NCBI GenBank assembly: GCA_964016885.1
Contig: OZ024742.1
Coordinates: 269,576,001-269,640,000 of the forward strand
DNA length: 64,000 bases
Direction: 5' to 3'
From: Eledone cirrhosa
Lineage: Eukaryota
A model generated the notes under the pieces. That model was not told the origin of the DNA and did no database searches. It saw only the letters and a list, made by a program, of their open reading frames with translations. The position numbers and the translations under genes were made by a program. This document shows, piece after piece, positions 1 to 13,429 of the stretch (positions are counted from its first letter, which is position 1; every line of letters begins with the position of its first letter).

Positions 1-19
1 GTGCGTGCGCGCATACACA

Positions 20-286
<267 letters not shown>

Positions 287-512
287 TTTATGTTTTTTCG
301 TGTATGTGTGGGTGTATGTGTAGTCTTATTTTATTTTTCCTTTCCTTCTTCCTCCTCCAGCATCACTTTCATATAGCTTGCTTTTTTTGTTTTTTTAAGA
401 TCCAAATTCAATAAACAAACCAGGATTTTTTCATTCTGAGGATTGAAAGCAAAACCTTTTGCTTTTAAGAAACCACTGGTAAATGGAATAATTGCCTTAT
501 GTTGTTTATTAC

Positions 513-581
<69 letters not shown>

Positions 582-588
582 GCATACA

Positions 589-622
<34 letters not shown>

Positions 623-1696
623 TAATTAGCTATATCAACACACTTTTATATAAGCTGGTCGGGACATATCAATAAGCAGCCATGATATTTGAGAGCTAAT
701 TACTTCATGAATATCACATTTAACATTGCACTGTCCAATCTGTTTCTCCATTAAGTTGACCGGACAGTTTTTTCTGAACTATGTCTGAAATAATGTATTT
801 CTTCTTTGTTTATACTGCTATGTAACTGTTATATGATTAATCATTTTTTCTTTCAGAAGTTAAGGTAACACTGAATAATTAACACTTGATTATTAAAAAC
901 CAACAAAGCTTTATCTAATTTTGCTAAACGTATGAGGTGTAAATGAAATGACATGTATACACGATTTTTTGATAATTTCTATTATAATAGTTTCACGATG
1001 TGCTGTATCTGAGGCAAATACCAAGAAACGTATTTTTTGTGATCACACTAATAGTGATATCATTTGCGACACTGGATAAAGTATGTGTCTTGGTAGAGAT
1101 AGAACCTTAATATATAAAACGAAAACCTGAATATATGGTTAGAGGCATTGGTTCATTGAACGATACCGGTATTAATATTACTGCTTAATAAAAGACTAAA
1201 CATTTCAGATATATTATATAGAATTTATAATCTATATAGCGTTGTTATATTCTACATTGCAGCGATTCGCTGTTCATACGCAATGATGTCGAAGTTACAC
1301 GTTTGATTTTCTATGTACAAGAAATGATTGAAACTGTTGAAATTGTATACATCATTATATTCAAGAAAAAGGGTAGATATATCTATGTTCTTTAATTTTA
1401 CATTTATCCATATAACTTTCCCCTGTTTATATGAGTGTGTGTGCATGTAAGCAAACATGTAAACGTTCAGAAACCGAATGAAACTAGACAGTGATGTTTA
1501 ATTTATTTGTATCATGTTACTCTTGGGAATTACTGGTTACGTATAACCCAGTACAACATGCGTCGTAGGTGTCTAAACAGGCAACCATGACAAGCTTGCT
1601 TCGTGACGAGCTCGAATTTTGGACACCCAACGAGATGAAAAACTATAGCAGTCAAAGGGCGTATGAACGCAGAAGAGACACCAGCTATCCAATAGT

Positions 1697-1740
<44 letters not shown>

Positions 1741-2075
1741 GTGTATAAAGACATCTATGTAGATATATGCGTTTATTATCACCAACATTTCGTTCCAGGA
1801 GTGTCGATTATAATACACATACTTGACCTTGCCAGGCAGCATCAATACAGTTGTCTTGTTCCCCGCCAGCTCTGGAATCAACCCCAACGAACATGGTAGT
1901 TACAGAGTGGTAAGTGCATGAGTGAACGGAGCTCAAAAATAACCAGGAGTGTGATGGAGAGAAGACTAATTGTTTAGTCCAAATTTTGCCGGGGTTTTTT
2001 CCCCCGACTAATGTTACTGGAAGCAGTCTACGTAGACGTTCATCCTCCAAGAGTCATGCTTGAATCGATATGAGT

Positions 2076-2152
<77 letters not shown>

Positions 2153-2154
<2 letters not shown>

Positions 2155-2338
2155 AAAATGTATGACCCCGACGGCAGAGCTAAGCCGTTACCACGGCTTT
2201 TTCTGTCCAGAAATAGCCGTCGAAATGGCTTGTGCTCTGCCGTCGGGGTCATACATTTCCTACTACCCACTCTACCACACTAAATATTGAGTATTCTGGT
2301 GCGTTATGGTCCATCTGGTTCCTTACCACAACTCTTCG

Positions 2339-2340
<2 letters not shown>
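2153..2340. mobile_element. Short foldback element in (TA)n, copy 1 (family shared with 42093-42300)
   Basis: Arms aaatgtatgaccccgacggcagagc (2156-2180) and gctctgccgtcggggtcatacattt (2234-2258), then a tail ...tctggtgcgttatggtccatctggttccttaccacaa that recurs near 42255; (TA)n on both sides. Confidence 0.8.
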
Positions 2341-2399
<59 letters not shown>

Positions 2400-2585
2400 T
2401 AATGAACGAATGATATACACTTTATATCATCTCAATTTTTTAAATTATATATATTTCGAAGATGCAAAGTTTTATGTATAACATAAAGCAAAACAAGTTC
2501 TCAGACACATGATATGGACAATGGATAATGCTTTGCTTATATGCTGGTACACAAACCGACTGGACAGATCGATGACCAGCAGGCA

Positions 2586-2650
<65 letters not shown>

Positions 2651-3587
2651 CCAAAGATTAATATGGTTCATTGATTACTCAATGAATATAGTTTTACAAT
2701 AGAATAATATTGAATTTTGTAACAAAATATTTAGTAAATATATTAATTAAACTATGCTTCTGATTATTATAGAAAATATTTTTATATTCTTTAATTTTGA
2801 TATAATATATTAGTATAATTAGTCTAAACATAACCAAATACAAAAAGATATAAAAAATATCATGGTATTTAATTGGTCGCTTCTATTTGAATTAATATTT
2901 GAAAGCAACGGTCACACATCATTTCTATTTCTTCCTTCTTTCTTTCTTTCTTTCTTCCTTCCCTTTTTGCAGTTACGTCTTTCTACTACTCTCTTCTATC
3001 TCTCTCTCTCTCTTCCTTTTTCTTCCTTAACACGTATATTTACGCATTTAAATATTTATGTATGTATTTATTTATTTCTTCTTGCATTTCCTCATACTGA
3101 CCCCCTCCTTATACCTATATCTCGCTCCACATCCTCTTCTTCATTAAATTTAAGTTTATCTTGTTATTATTTGTTGTATGTAAACGTTAAGATTTGTTGA
3201 AATAAATCACTGCCAATACTGGAATTGAACCATCAAGACCGTTGAGGTATGTCATACATCAATTCATGTATTTTATATGACGAAGACTTACTGAAAAAAA
3301 ACAGCACAATACCTTCGAAATATATATAATAAAACATATATTTTGAGTATGTGAATGTCTTCATTTAGTAATATTTTGAATACTATATATATATATATAT
3401 TAGGTATAGGATTATCCTGGATGCAGTAATGGTTAATTACTACACTGGATAGAGTTGACGTACGGTGAGGTGTCACTCAACGAGTTATGGAAGAATAGTT
3501 GAAGAAACTCAGTTCCTGATCCTTCTGTATTCCGGAGTGTAGATAAAGAATGAATAATAACAGGTAGGCATCATAAAAAGGTAATTT

Positions 3588-3711
3588 ATTCCGTGTGCAT
3601 ACAGATGTTTCCACGGTGGTTATACAGCCTAGTTATGATATGTGCACATTTATAACTATTTGCAAAACTCATTTATCAAATGCTGTTACCACTGTATCCT
3701 CAGAGCAGAAT
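3588..3711 (-). ncRNA. Type I hammerhead ribozyme motif with long helix II
   Basis: Minus strand: attctgct-CTGAGGA-TACAGTGGT...ACCACCGTG-GAAA-C-atct-GTA/tgcacacggaat, immediately followed by AATAAA. Helix I is imperfect. Confidence 0.6.
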
Positions 3712-4007
3712 GGTTAAAATGTAAAATGTAAATACCCTTAGGGAAGTTATTGGGGAAGATATATTAGTAAAGGAAGAGAGAAAGAAGGGATGAGAGAGAG
3801 AGAGAGAGTTATGCAGGGGTTGGAGAAATGGAAGAGAGTGGTTTGTAGAATACAGATATCTTAATCAAAATATTGTCGTAGGGGTTTTATTATACTGGTT
3901 ACTCTCAAAGCGACAACCTTAAGCGATACGTTGATGGTTAAGGTTGGAATTATTTATTGCCGCAGAGGGCCGGATCATAGGTGAACCGAGGGCGATAGAT
4001 AGATAGG

Positions 4008-4090
<83 letters not shown>

Positions 4091-4222
4091 GAGAGACAGG
4101 AAGAAATAGAGATAGACAGGGGACAGACGAAAGCTATGGGATGGGTGTACATTGAGTTCATAGTTGTAGGCTACAAATTGCACTTAAGTATCCATTGATA
4201 ATCAATTATATATATATATTAT

Positions 4223-5440
4223 ATTATATTTAGAGTTTAAACTCAAAGTCATTTACAATTAATCAGCTCAAAGAAAGAAGCATTTCCGAGCAGTGAAATA
4301 CAAGTTAATATATATTAATATATGATAAACACATACGTGTGTGTATTGCAAGAGACAAAGTTAGCTAGAATGAAATAAACTAATTAAAAAGAAAACATTT
4401 GTCTGTCTCGATATAAGTCAATAAAGACAAGCTTATATTGGCAAAAGCCGTGATTCCTGGACAAATTTAAATTTCAAAATCCAAACCTGCTCCGTAGATA
4501 AATTTGAACTCCGAAACCTAAATATGTTTCGCAACGATGGTATAAAAAGTGAAATATAAAAAGTGAAATATTCAAATCTTCTGTGCTTATCAACAGGAAT
4601 CCAGTAAAATTAGTACATTTCACCTCCAAAAATTTTGTAGGACTGATTCGCACGTGGTATAACCAGCTATACTAGCCATCCCATACTCACAGTGCTAGAA
4701 ATAACAGCCATTTATATGGGATTAAAAATTAGCTCTACAGTTAAGGAGCAATAGTATTATATTATATTTAGAGTTTAAACTCAAAGTCATTTACAATTAA
4801 TCAGCTCAAAGAAAGAAGCATTTCCGAGCAGTGAAATACAAGTTAATATATATTAATATAAACACGTATGTGTTTATCATATATTAATATATATTAACTT
4901 GTATTTCACTGCTCGGAAATGCTTCTTCTTTGAGCTGATTAATTGTAAATGACTTTGAGTTTAAACTCTAAATATAATATAATATTATTGCTCCTTATCT
5001 GTAGAGCTAATTTTTAATCCCATATAAACGGCTGTTATTTCTAGAAATGTGAGTATGGGATGGCTAGTATAGCTGGTTATACCACGTGCGAATCAGTCCT
5101 ACAAAATTTTTGGAGGGGAAATGTACTAATTTTACTGGATTCCTGTTGATAAGCACAGAAGATTTGAATATTTCACTTTTTATATTTCACTTTTTATACC
5201 ATCGTTGCGAAACATATTTAGGTTTCGGAGTTCAAATTCATCTACGGAGCAGGTTTGGATTTTGAAATTTAAATTTGTCCAGGAATCACGGCTTTTGCCA
5301 ATATAAGCTTGTCTTTATTGACTTATATCGAGACAGACAAATTGTATTCTTTTTAATTAGTTTATTTCATTCTAGCTAACTTTGTCTCTTGCAATATAAA
5401 CACGTATGTGTTTATCATATATTAATATATATTAACTTGT
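4223..5440. mobile_element. Non-coding PLE-like unit (~538 bp): 1.2 tandem copies followed by an inverted circularly permuted copy
   Basis: attatatttagagtttaaactc occurs at 4223 and 4761; 4861-5440 is the reverse complement and wraps across the unit junction; (TA)n flanks. Confidence 0.85.
5142..5222 (+). ncRNA. Variant-core (U3-A8) hammerhead-like motif; mirror copy on minus strand at 4517-4597
   Basis: cctg-TTGATAA-GCA...TGC-GAAA-cata-TT/tagg, with one mismatch in helix III. Confidence 0.45.
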
Positions 5441-6089
5441 ATATATATATATATAAAATTGATTTTCTTGCCCTAGATATCATGTTACAAAATCATTTAT
5501 CATATGTGTGTAGGTGCATGTATGGTGTATTCTGCCTTATAACACTTACTTAACCCGCCCTTGATCTATATCAGCGAAGGATTAATTACGTGGGACTACG
5601 AGACAACATTATAACGTTAAGTTCACAAAAAATGATGGACTGTACAGCGACGTTTTCTGATGTGATATTGACTCTAGCTTATAAACACAGCATTCTATCG
5701 ATTATGTAGTCTGATTGAATTTATGATCACGATAACAAAATATTATATTTATGCCAACGAATATTATAATATTAGCGTTTATTTAATGGTGGTTATCAAT
5801 CTCATTAAATTAGCATTAATGCATTTAACCACACATCTAACGTATGAGCTAAATATCACAATGAGTCTGATGGCAACTACGTTATATTTCACATTTATAA
5901 CTTGTGTCTGACAACACTTATGAACAACACATCCTGACCCTTATTCTGATTCGCGTCAATATGTAATTATATTGGGTATACATCTACTTACATATCTGTA
6001 TATGAAATACAAGTTTATTTCTCGCACTATTTTCCCTCATTCTCTATATTCCTACATACGAATACACACATGCAGCCCATCCCCACATA

Positions 6090-6171
<82 letters not shown>

Positions 6172-6258
6172 ATGAGGGAGAAATGAATAGATAGAGTGAT
6201 AGTGATAGAGATAGTGAGAGCGATGCACAAACACACACACATACATACATACACACAT

Positions 6259-6324
<66 letters not shown>

Positions 6325-6434
6325 CCCGGAATAACTTATATATATATATATAAGTTATTCCGGGTTGAATCGGAGGTAACCACAGTAAGTAAGGTGCTCA
6401 TTCCATAGCAGAGTATAACAGTTTGAATATAGAA

Positions 6435-6505
6435 GAGCTTCTACAGGACTAGAACTGTTTCCCTGATGATTTATCACGAATGAAACAGTTCTAGTCCTGT
6501 AGAAG

Positions 6506-6508
<3 letters not shown>
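6435..6508 (+). ncRNA. Hammerhead core inside a perfect 27-bp foldback
   Basis: CTGATGA (6463) t-ttatcacgaa-t GAAA (6482) cagttcta GTC; 6435-6461 is the exact reverse complement of 6482-6508; same family as 17470. Confidence 0.6.
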
Positions 6509-6591
<83 letters not shown>

Positions 6592-6699
6592 GGGAATGTA
6601 ATGTGAAGTCACTGTAAGTTCACCCAGGTGAGCAGTTGATGTTAAGGTATACGTCAGTGGCAAGGTGTAGAGCTTGACAGAGTGTAATATAATAATTGT

Positions 6700-6780
6700 T
6701 TCTCCTTTTGGCACAAGGCCAGCTTTTATCCCAGTACTTTATTTTATCGAACCCGTAAGGATGAAAGGCAAAGTTAACCT
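6700..6780 (-). mobile_element. Partial SINE (same family as 7063, 14451, 18723)
   Basis: ttttatcgaacccgtaaggatgaaaggcaaagttaacct matches the other copies. Confidence 0.8.
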
Positions 6781-6789
6781 TACAAGCAC

Positions 6790-7036
6790 GATTTGTTAAG
6801 CCTTCATTACGTTTATTGAATGGTGAGTCGCGTTTTGCTATTGATCAGCTCAAGGTTAGATTTGGCGCGACTCTGGAATGAAAAGCTCGTCCGACCTCTG
6901 CTGTTGTAATAAAAGCAAATGTCCGACAAGCTTTTGATTCCAGAGTCGGGCCAGATCGATACAGATCAAACCTTCAGCTGAACAATAGCGAAATGCGCAT
7001 CTTCAATCAATAAATATAATGAAGGCTTAACAAATC
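6790..7036. repeat. Imperfect ~110-bp-arm inverted repeat
   Basis: gatttgttaagccttcatta... pairs with ...taatgaaggcttaacaaatc; inner arms gactctggaatgaaaagct / agcttttgattccagagtc. The right arm ends agc-GAAA-TGCGCA-TC...aataaa, resembling an HHR 3' half. Confidence 0.75.
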
Positions 7037-7062
7037 ATCCATGCATGATTATTATATATATA

Positions 7063-7246
7063 GGGCGGTGGAATGGCAGTATCGGTAGAGGGTCTGACGC
7101 TACGTTTTGCAGCATAGAGTTACTTCCATTTACAGTGTGAGTTCAAATCTAGCCGAGGTTAACTTTGCCTTTCATCCTCATGAAGTCAATAAGTACCAGC
7201 GATGCGCTGGGATAATTGCTGGCCTTGTGCCAAAAGTACAAACATT
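7063..7246 (+). mobile_element. tRNA-derived SINE (cephalopod-type)
   Basis: A-box-like tggcagtatcgg, B-box gagttcaaatc, body aactttgcctttcatcct...aagtaccag, tail ggccttgtgccaaaagtacaaac. Confidence 0.85.
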
Positions 7247-8567
7247 TATTATTATATATATGACTTATTAAGAAGAGACCGGACGTCGCCTACAATGGAA
7301 AACGAGCAAGCCGGTGCGGTGGAGCCGCGAGGAACATTTGTAGACCCAGTGATTAGCGTGGAAAGTACGAAACGCCTCCCTCGCTGCGAACGGGAACCAC
7401 ACAGTTCGGGGTGATACGATCGGTATAACCATCCCAACGGGCAACATCGAACTGGGGGGCATGGCCCTTACATACGCCTACAGCAACTGCGTAACGCATA
7501 CTCAGTCGAACGGGTGCGGTGACTGGGGTCTACAACAGGAAGAACCGGTTCCCACAATGTCATTTGGCTTAAACAAAAAACACACACACACAACACCCAA
7601 TTATTGCCGGGTTGCGCAGAAACCTAGCGGCCGCTCTCTTCAGGGCTCTCGATGAGCACTTCCCTAAACATAACCGGTACCACGCCATTTTTCAACAGGC
7701 ACAATTAAATTGTTCTACTCCACAACTAGAAACCTAGCGCAATATATAGAAGCTTTAAACTGAAGTAGATTGAAAAATGTCTGTGACTTCAGGGGCATCA
7801 GTGATCGGGAGGAGGCGTGCTACACAAATGCCTTTTCCTCCGATGGTAACATCTTGAACCGTGAACGACCAGAGAATCATGCAGCACGATCGTAGTTCGG
7901 GCGGCACCACCTCTCCGAGCTGTAACTGTAGTAACCCCAGTAACTGCCCTCCTGGAAGGCAGGTGCCTTAGCAGTAGCATAGTCTATGAATTTAGTGTGA
8001 GTACCAATAATCAAACCTTCACCAAATCGGAGCCACGGCTAATAAATTTAAGGAACGCTAGTGAAATCACTGCCACATCTTTAGGAGAGTTGTTAAGAGA
8101 AACAGCACCGCCCTCTCAGAATTGGTGTGGCGTCTCTAACATGACAACTTGGAATACACTTTGTCGTGGTCTAAGGTGGCCTCAATCCAGTCCTACAGAG
8201 GGGGTGGTCATGACTCATACGATGTGTGTGTCACCGAAATTATAAGGGGGGGGGGGGGGCTCGGGTTATTAATAAAAGGAGAAATCTGTTCAGCATCTGC
8301 TACCACAGATCATCTGGAACTTTCCTCAGACTCTACGGACTAACAAGATAGTTGTACTGGTTTAGGACCAGTGCAAAGCTTGACCATGAGGGTCGGACGT
8401 GGCCCCACAATAACCCCAGCGTCAGGTGAACCCTGGATAGCTTGTATGCACACCTGGAGTCTCTGAGTGTCCATGTGTCACATCCCTTGTTCCTTATTCT
8501 CTGTTTGTATACCTTTTGTTGTTTTTATGTATATTTGTCCCGTACATTATTATGTTCTCTATATGTG

Positions 8568-8880
8568 TGCATGAATTTAAATGTATATGTTTTCTGTCCC
8601 TACTTTCGTTTCCCGTAGCCCACTTCCATAGTCTAGCAACCCTTTTGATAGTATTTATACCATTGTAGTTACAACTGGCTGCTTTTGTGGTTAGTTATTT
8701 TCTGCACTGTAATTATTGCTAGCCTTGTGCCTTGGGTGGAAGAGAGGACTGAATTAACTGTGCATGAATTTATATCTATCTGTTTTTCTGACCCTATTTT
8801 CGCTTCCTAGCTTTAACTAACTGCTATTGTGGTTAGTTTGTTTTTTCTGCACTGTATTTATTACTGGCCTTGTGCCTTAT
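8568..8880 (+). repeat. Diverged direct duplication (~8568-8732 vs ~8760-8878), possibly a LINE 3' UTR
   Basis: tgcatgaattt...tgtggttagtt...tttctgcactgta...gccttgtgcctt appears twice. Confidence 0.6.
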
Positions 8881-10075
8881 GAGGGACGGGAGGCCTTTTT
8901 GTTGCCGCCGTCACCGTGGTGGGCTCATCACTGGCGTTGTTGTTATGATTATCGTTGGTGTTACCGCAGTCTGGCTCTCGAGTAATGGGTACTCACTGTC
9001 ATTGACTTGATACTAATATCAATGATACCACCACTACTACGACGAGCGAGGAGGACGGTGTTAATGTTTGGTTGCTGTTACTATTGTTGTTGCTATGGTG
9101 TTGGTGATAGATGCCATCAAGTCTTTGTATCAACCTACCTCATAGCTCAGTTTATTGCTGTGGCAGTTGTTATCGTTGTTCTTGTCGGCGGGGTGGTATC
9201 GACACTACGACTGCTACGGCCTGTGTACGCGACTTTAGTCTGTGTTTTTGCTGTTGTTGCCGTTGTTTTCGTTGTTGTTGTTGTTGTCAGAAGAGTTGTT
9301 ATATCACTACGACTGCTGCGGCCAGTGTGGGTGACTTTTGATCGGTGTTTTGCTCTTATTGTCGGTTTTGATGTCGTGGTCGTTGTTGTTGTTGATGTTG
9401 TTCTTTTTTCTTGTTCTTGTTCTTGTTGTTATTGTAGCTGTTGCCTTAAGGTGGCTGTCAACAAAATATATACCCCACCCTCCCTCAGCGCTCCATTTAT
9501 ATATCGGAGTCGATAAAATCTGACTTTCTAGAACGTGCTGGCAACTTAGATAACTAAAAATACAGGGAACGTAAGCTTACAGTTTAGTTTACATTATTCC
9601 GTCGAAGGTGAAACATGTCGAATTGCATTGCTAGTTGCGTTCATTACAGATGTCACCAATAGGTTGTAAACATCCGGCAGACGCATTTGGTTATGTGTGT
9701 GGTGAATTTATGTGTGGTGAAGAGAAAAGCAAAAATGTGTTAAAATGTGTGAGACACACAATGCTTATTTAGGCATGCCTGTCGGGTACCTTTTTCACCT
9801 GCGAACTCTGCAACAGAACGTTATAAAGTTAGCTGAAACACTTTGTTTGTGTAGATAGTGGAATTTTTATTTGAAAAGGTTTGGGGTTTGGATTTATATG
9901 TAAGTTTATGGGTTGTTATCTTTTCTACTTTAAATTTTTTTATAAACCAAGGTTATGAAACACATATATATAGACTGTTAAAATTAATGATTTTCAACAA
10001 TTGCAAATATTATTTACACTATATTTATATTTGGCTCTTCATGACATTGACGGGAAGATACAGTCACGACATTTG

Positions 10076-10104
10076 CAACAACAACAACAACAACAACAAC
10101 AACA

Positions 10105-10135
<31 letters not shown>

Positions 10136-10194
10136 CTTCTTCTTCTTCTTCTTCTTCTTCTTCTTCTTCTTCTTCTTCTTCTTCTTCTTCTTCT
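10076..10194. repeat. (CAA)n(CTT)n microsatellite, likely the 3' tail of the adjacent minus-strand LINE
   Basis: Direct read; abuts the 3' end of the RTE-like fragment. Confidence 0.9.
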
Positions 10195-11220
10195 TGAGAG
10201 GAGAGGAGAGTGGGTGCAGAGTCCTTGAAACACTCCTTAGAGTGGATTTTTCTCAGTAGCAACCATCGCCGAATGATCCGGCTGGATCCACAAGCGTGAC
10301 TAGACAATCTCATGGATGTTATCCAACTTTCTTTCTCGGACTCTACCCTTGTGTCTCTTGCCGGTTGGATTTGCCCATGAAATCGATCCATGTGATTCTT
10401 TCCTGTTACATTCTAAATATATGCCATAATATCGGACTTGTGGTTTCTCAATTTGCAAAAGTAGCGGACCTACCTGGAGTGACTCTCTGATCTCTTACTT
10501 CCGCACATTATCGAGTGACATTTCCCTTTCATATTCGGCCGCTTTTGTTCGCAATTGTATTCTTTCGGTTACTCCTACAGTTTCACGACCATACGTAGGG
10601 GCTAGAATGTAAACCAAATTGAAGATAACGGGTTTGGCTTTAACGCTTCTTCTGATTACTGAATACTGAAGCTGGCGCAATTCTTGTAATTCTTGCGCTT
10701 ACTCCAGCCTCCTGCCTGCCATCACTCATGAACACAGTCCCGAGATACTTGACCTACTCTACCTCCTTCAGTGGCACTCTATACCCAAGTAGTGTGAACT
10801 GTGCAGGCTTTTTTGAAGGGTCATCTGTCTCTGCTTTCGCAGCACTGATTTTCATTCAATCCATGCATCTCTCGGTATGAAACATATCAAGTACAATTTG
10901 AAGATCATCATCTTTAGAGTTAAGTAGCACCATGTCATCTGCAAATTCCAGCCGACTGATTCTACACACACCAAGCAATTGTTTCTTCCTTAATGTGGAC
11001 TTATACAAATGTTGAGCTGGAAAGAACGCAACTACTATCTTATATTGAAACATTCCGCCTTCCATCGACCCAGTGACACACTGTCCTGAACTTCTCGTAC
11101 CCATTCCTCCAACGAGAGAGCGGCTGTCTTTAGATGAAAGTGCGTGTTTCGCACATCATAGTAAGCGAGTAGTGCCTCTTCAGCGACAACTGATCCAGAA
11201 ACCTCAAAGCAGTTCTGCTT
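10195..11220 (-). mobile_element. Decayed RTE-like LINE, 3' portion (RT remnant)
   Basis: ISRLEFADDMVLL (FADD motif) and ILAPTYGRET in different frames, followed by an (AAG)n tail. Confidence 0.75.
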
Positions 11221-11299
11221 CATAACGTTAAAATATATTTCTCTCTTCCCTTAGCTCACTCGGTGCGGCTCAAAGAGGAATACAGCAGTGTCAAGATCT

Positions 11300-12280
11300 T
11301 CTATACTCCTTGTAAAGTTGGGAAGTTATCGGAGACTTCAAAATTGTGGCATTCGTGATGGGTTCTCCAAGGTGGCTTTACCAAATTTCCATGTTATGTT
11401 TGCCTTTGAGACAGCTGGGACGCTGGGAAACACTACCACAGGCTAGACTTCCCACAGCTTGCCAAGTTTAGGATCACGATAACAAATGTAAAATGGGAGC
11501 CACTGGTTGATACCCGGAAGGTATTGTTCCCATCACTTCACTTGAAATTGGTCCCCATGAAACAGTGTGTCACAGCTCTAGATAAGGAGTCACCAGCCTT
11601 CAAGTACCTTCGAGACTTCTTCTCTAAGCTTTCTCAGACAAAAGTGAAAGACGGTGTATTCGTCGGATCATAGAGTGCAAGGTATTCCCAAAAAGTTCAC
11701 TAAGACAGAGGAAGCGTCATGGAAGAGCTTTGTTTCAGTGGTTCGGTGCTTCCTGGGGAATCACAAGGCCGAAAATTATGTGGAGCTTGACACTTGTGAA
11801 GAACTTCGGCAAAATGGGTTTCAGGATGTCCCTCAAACTACATATCCTAGACGCTCATTTTGATAAATTCAAAGGTATATGGGAGCATAGACTGGGGAGC
11901 AGGGCGAGCGCTCCACCAGGATATACTGGACTTTGAACGTCGCTACCAAGTATCATATAATGAAAACATGATGGATGACTATATATGGGGGTCTGATTCG
12001 AGAAACCAATTTTCAGCTGAAGCGCAAATCCTGAAAAGTCACTCGCTTCTATGTTTTTAGTATAATCCCAGAATAACTAAATGCTACTTGTTTATTCATG
12101 TGTCATTTTATTACAACTTAGCTTGAACGAGAATTTTCACAGTTGGCATTTTTCCCAATGGGATTAGCTAAATCTAGAAATATCATTATGATGGTTATAA
12201 AAGCAAAGCTTTAAGGAAATATTAGCCATTTTTCATACTGTCTAGGCTTAAGCAAATAGGAAATAATTGTTGCTACCCAA
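11300..12280 (+). mobile_element. Decayed Chapaev3-like DNA transposase fragment
   Basis: Frameshifted motifs LFPSLHLKL.PMKQCVTALD, MSLKLHILDAH, ALHQDILDFERRYQ...MMDDYIW; same protein family as the element at 54232. Confidence 0.65.
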
Positions 12281-12367
12281 TATATATAGTTGCTAAATGA
12301 AAGAAACAAAACAAGTAGGTCATTTCACATAGTTATAATAGGTTCACGATTGGAGAAAATCGAGGGA

Positions 12368-12404
12368 GTTTCAACGTTTCGGACAGAATTCCTTCTTCAG
12401 GAAA
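12368..12404 (-). ncRNA. Minimal type I hammerhead motif
   Basis: tttc-CTGAAGA-A-GGA-attctg-TCC-GAAA-C-GTT/gaaa; helix III is the palindrome AACGTT. Confidence 0.65.
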
Positions 12405-13339
12405 GTTCAGAGAAGGAGAAAACAGATAGACGTATGAATAGTGTGAGCAGGTTAGGGGAGGAAATGAAAAAAAGAAATAGGGTGAGATAGGTGAAAGTTC
12501 CGGCCTGGGGTGTCAGTATGAAGGGTATGGGGATGGCATGGGTGTGGTTATGCGTGAGACGAAGGGGAAGACATTGGTAGATGTGCGTAAATTCAGTCTA
12601 TCTGTCTCGGAGTCTTAAAAAGTGAAGTGTGCACAGTGGTATCTGTGTGTGTGTGTGTATGTCTGTGAGGTTTTAACATTTTGTGTGTATGTGAGGAGCT
12701 ACTTTTCCTGCAGTTTCTATGTATGTGAATGTGTACTATTGTGTGTGTGTGTGTGTGTGTATTATCACGTGTGCATGTGAGTATGTCTAAACGCGGTTGT
12801 GTATATGGGATTTTTATATATGTGAGTGTGTACGTACGTGTGTGTATATGAGTGTGTTAGTGGTTCTGTGTGCGGTGCTTCTATTGTTTTACGTATGTGA
12901 GTGTGTAATATAGCGTCAACGTCTTCGGAAGATTGCATGTATATTATATCCACATGATTTTGGGTTGTGTTTGATCAGTACCAGAAATATACTATGTAAA
13001 TGTGTGTGAGGGTGGATATGTGTATATTTATGTATGGGTATGCCCATGTGTGTGTTTGTTGGACTATTCATATAAATCCAGGACAGCACTGGTCGAAGTT
13101 GTTTCTTTGTATGTGAGTGTGTACAACTGTGTGTGTATATGTCTGTGTTAGTGGCTGTGTATGTGACATTTCTATTGCTGTTACGTGGGTTAGTGCGTAA
13201 TTTAGCGTGTGCGCACACGTTTGTGTGTGTTAGAGTTTACAGGTAAATTTATATATGCATGTATGTATATATACCTGTAAACTCTAACACACATATATAT
13301 ATATATATATGTATGCATGTATGTATATATGCATGTATG

Positions 13340-13373
<34 letters not shown>

Positions 13374-13429
13374 CATGTATGTATATATATATATGTATGC
13401 ATATATGACTGTATATATGTATACATATA

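Noticed and set aside
1595-1655. gTGACGA-gctcg...cgagat-GAAA resembling a decayed hammerhead (also 21308-21364)
   Set aside because: Core or helices are too mismatched to call.
7063-7160. tRNA-like A/B boxes (also at 18723 and 26399)
   Set aside because: They are SINE heads continuous with SINE bodies; no full cloverleaf.
7260-8460. GC-richer block with several short ORFs, possibly LINE ORF1 or a host exon
   Set aside because: No motif that I can recognise and no convincing splice pattern; left uncalled.
9007-9516. 169-aa hydrophobic ORF
   Set aside because: Built from degenerate (GTT)n and an internal duplication; low complexity.
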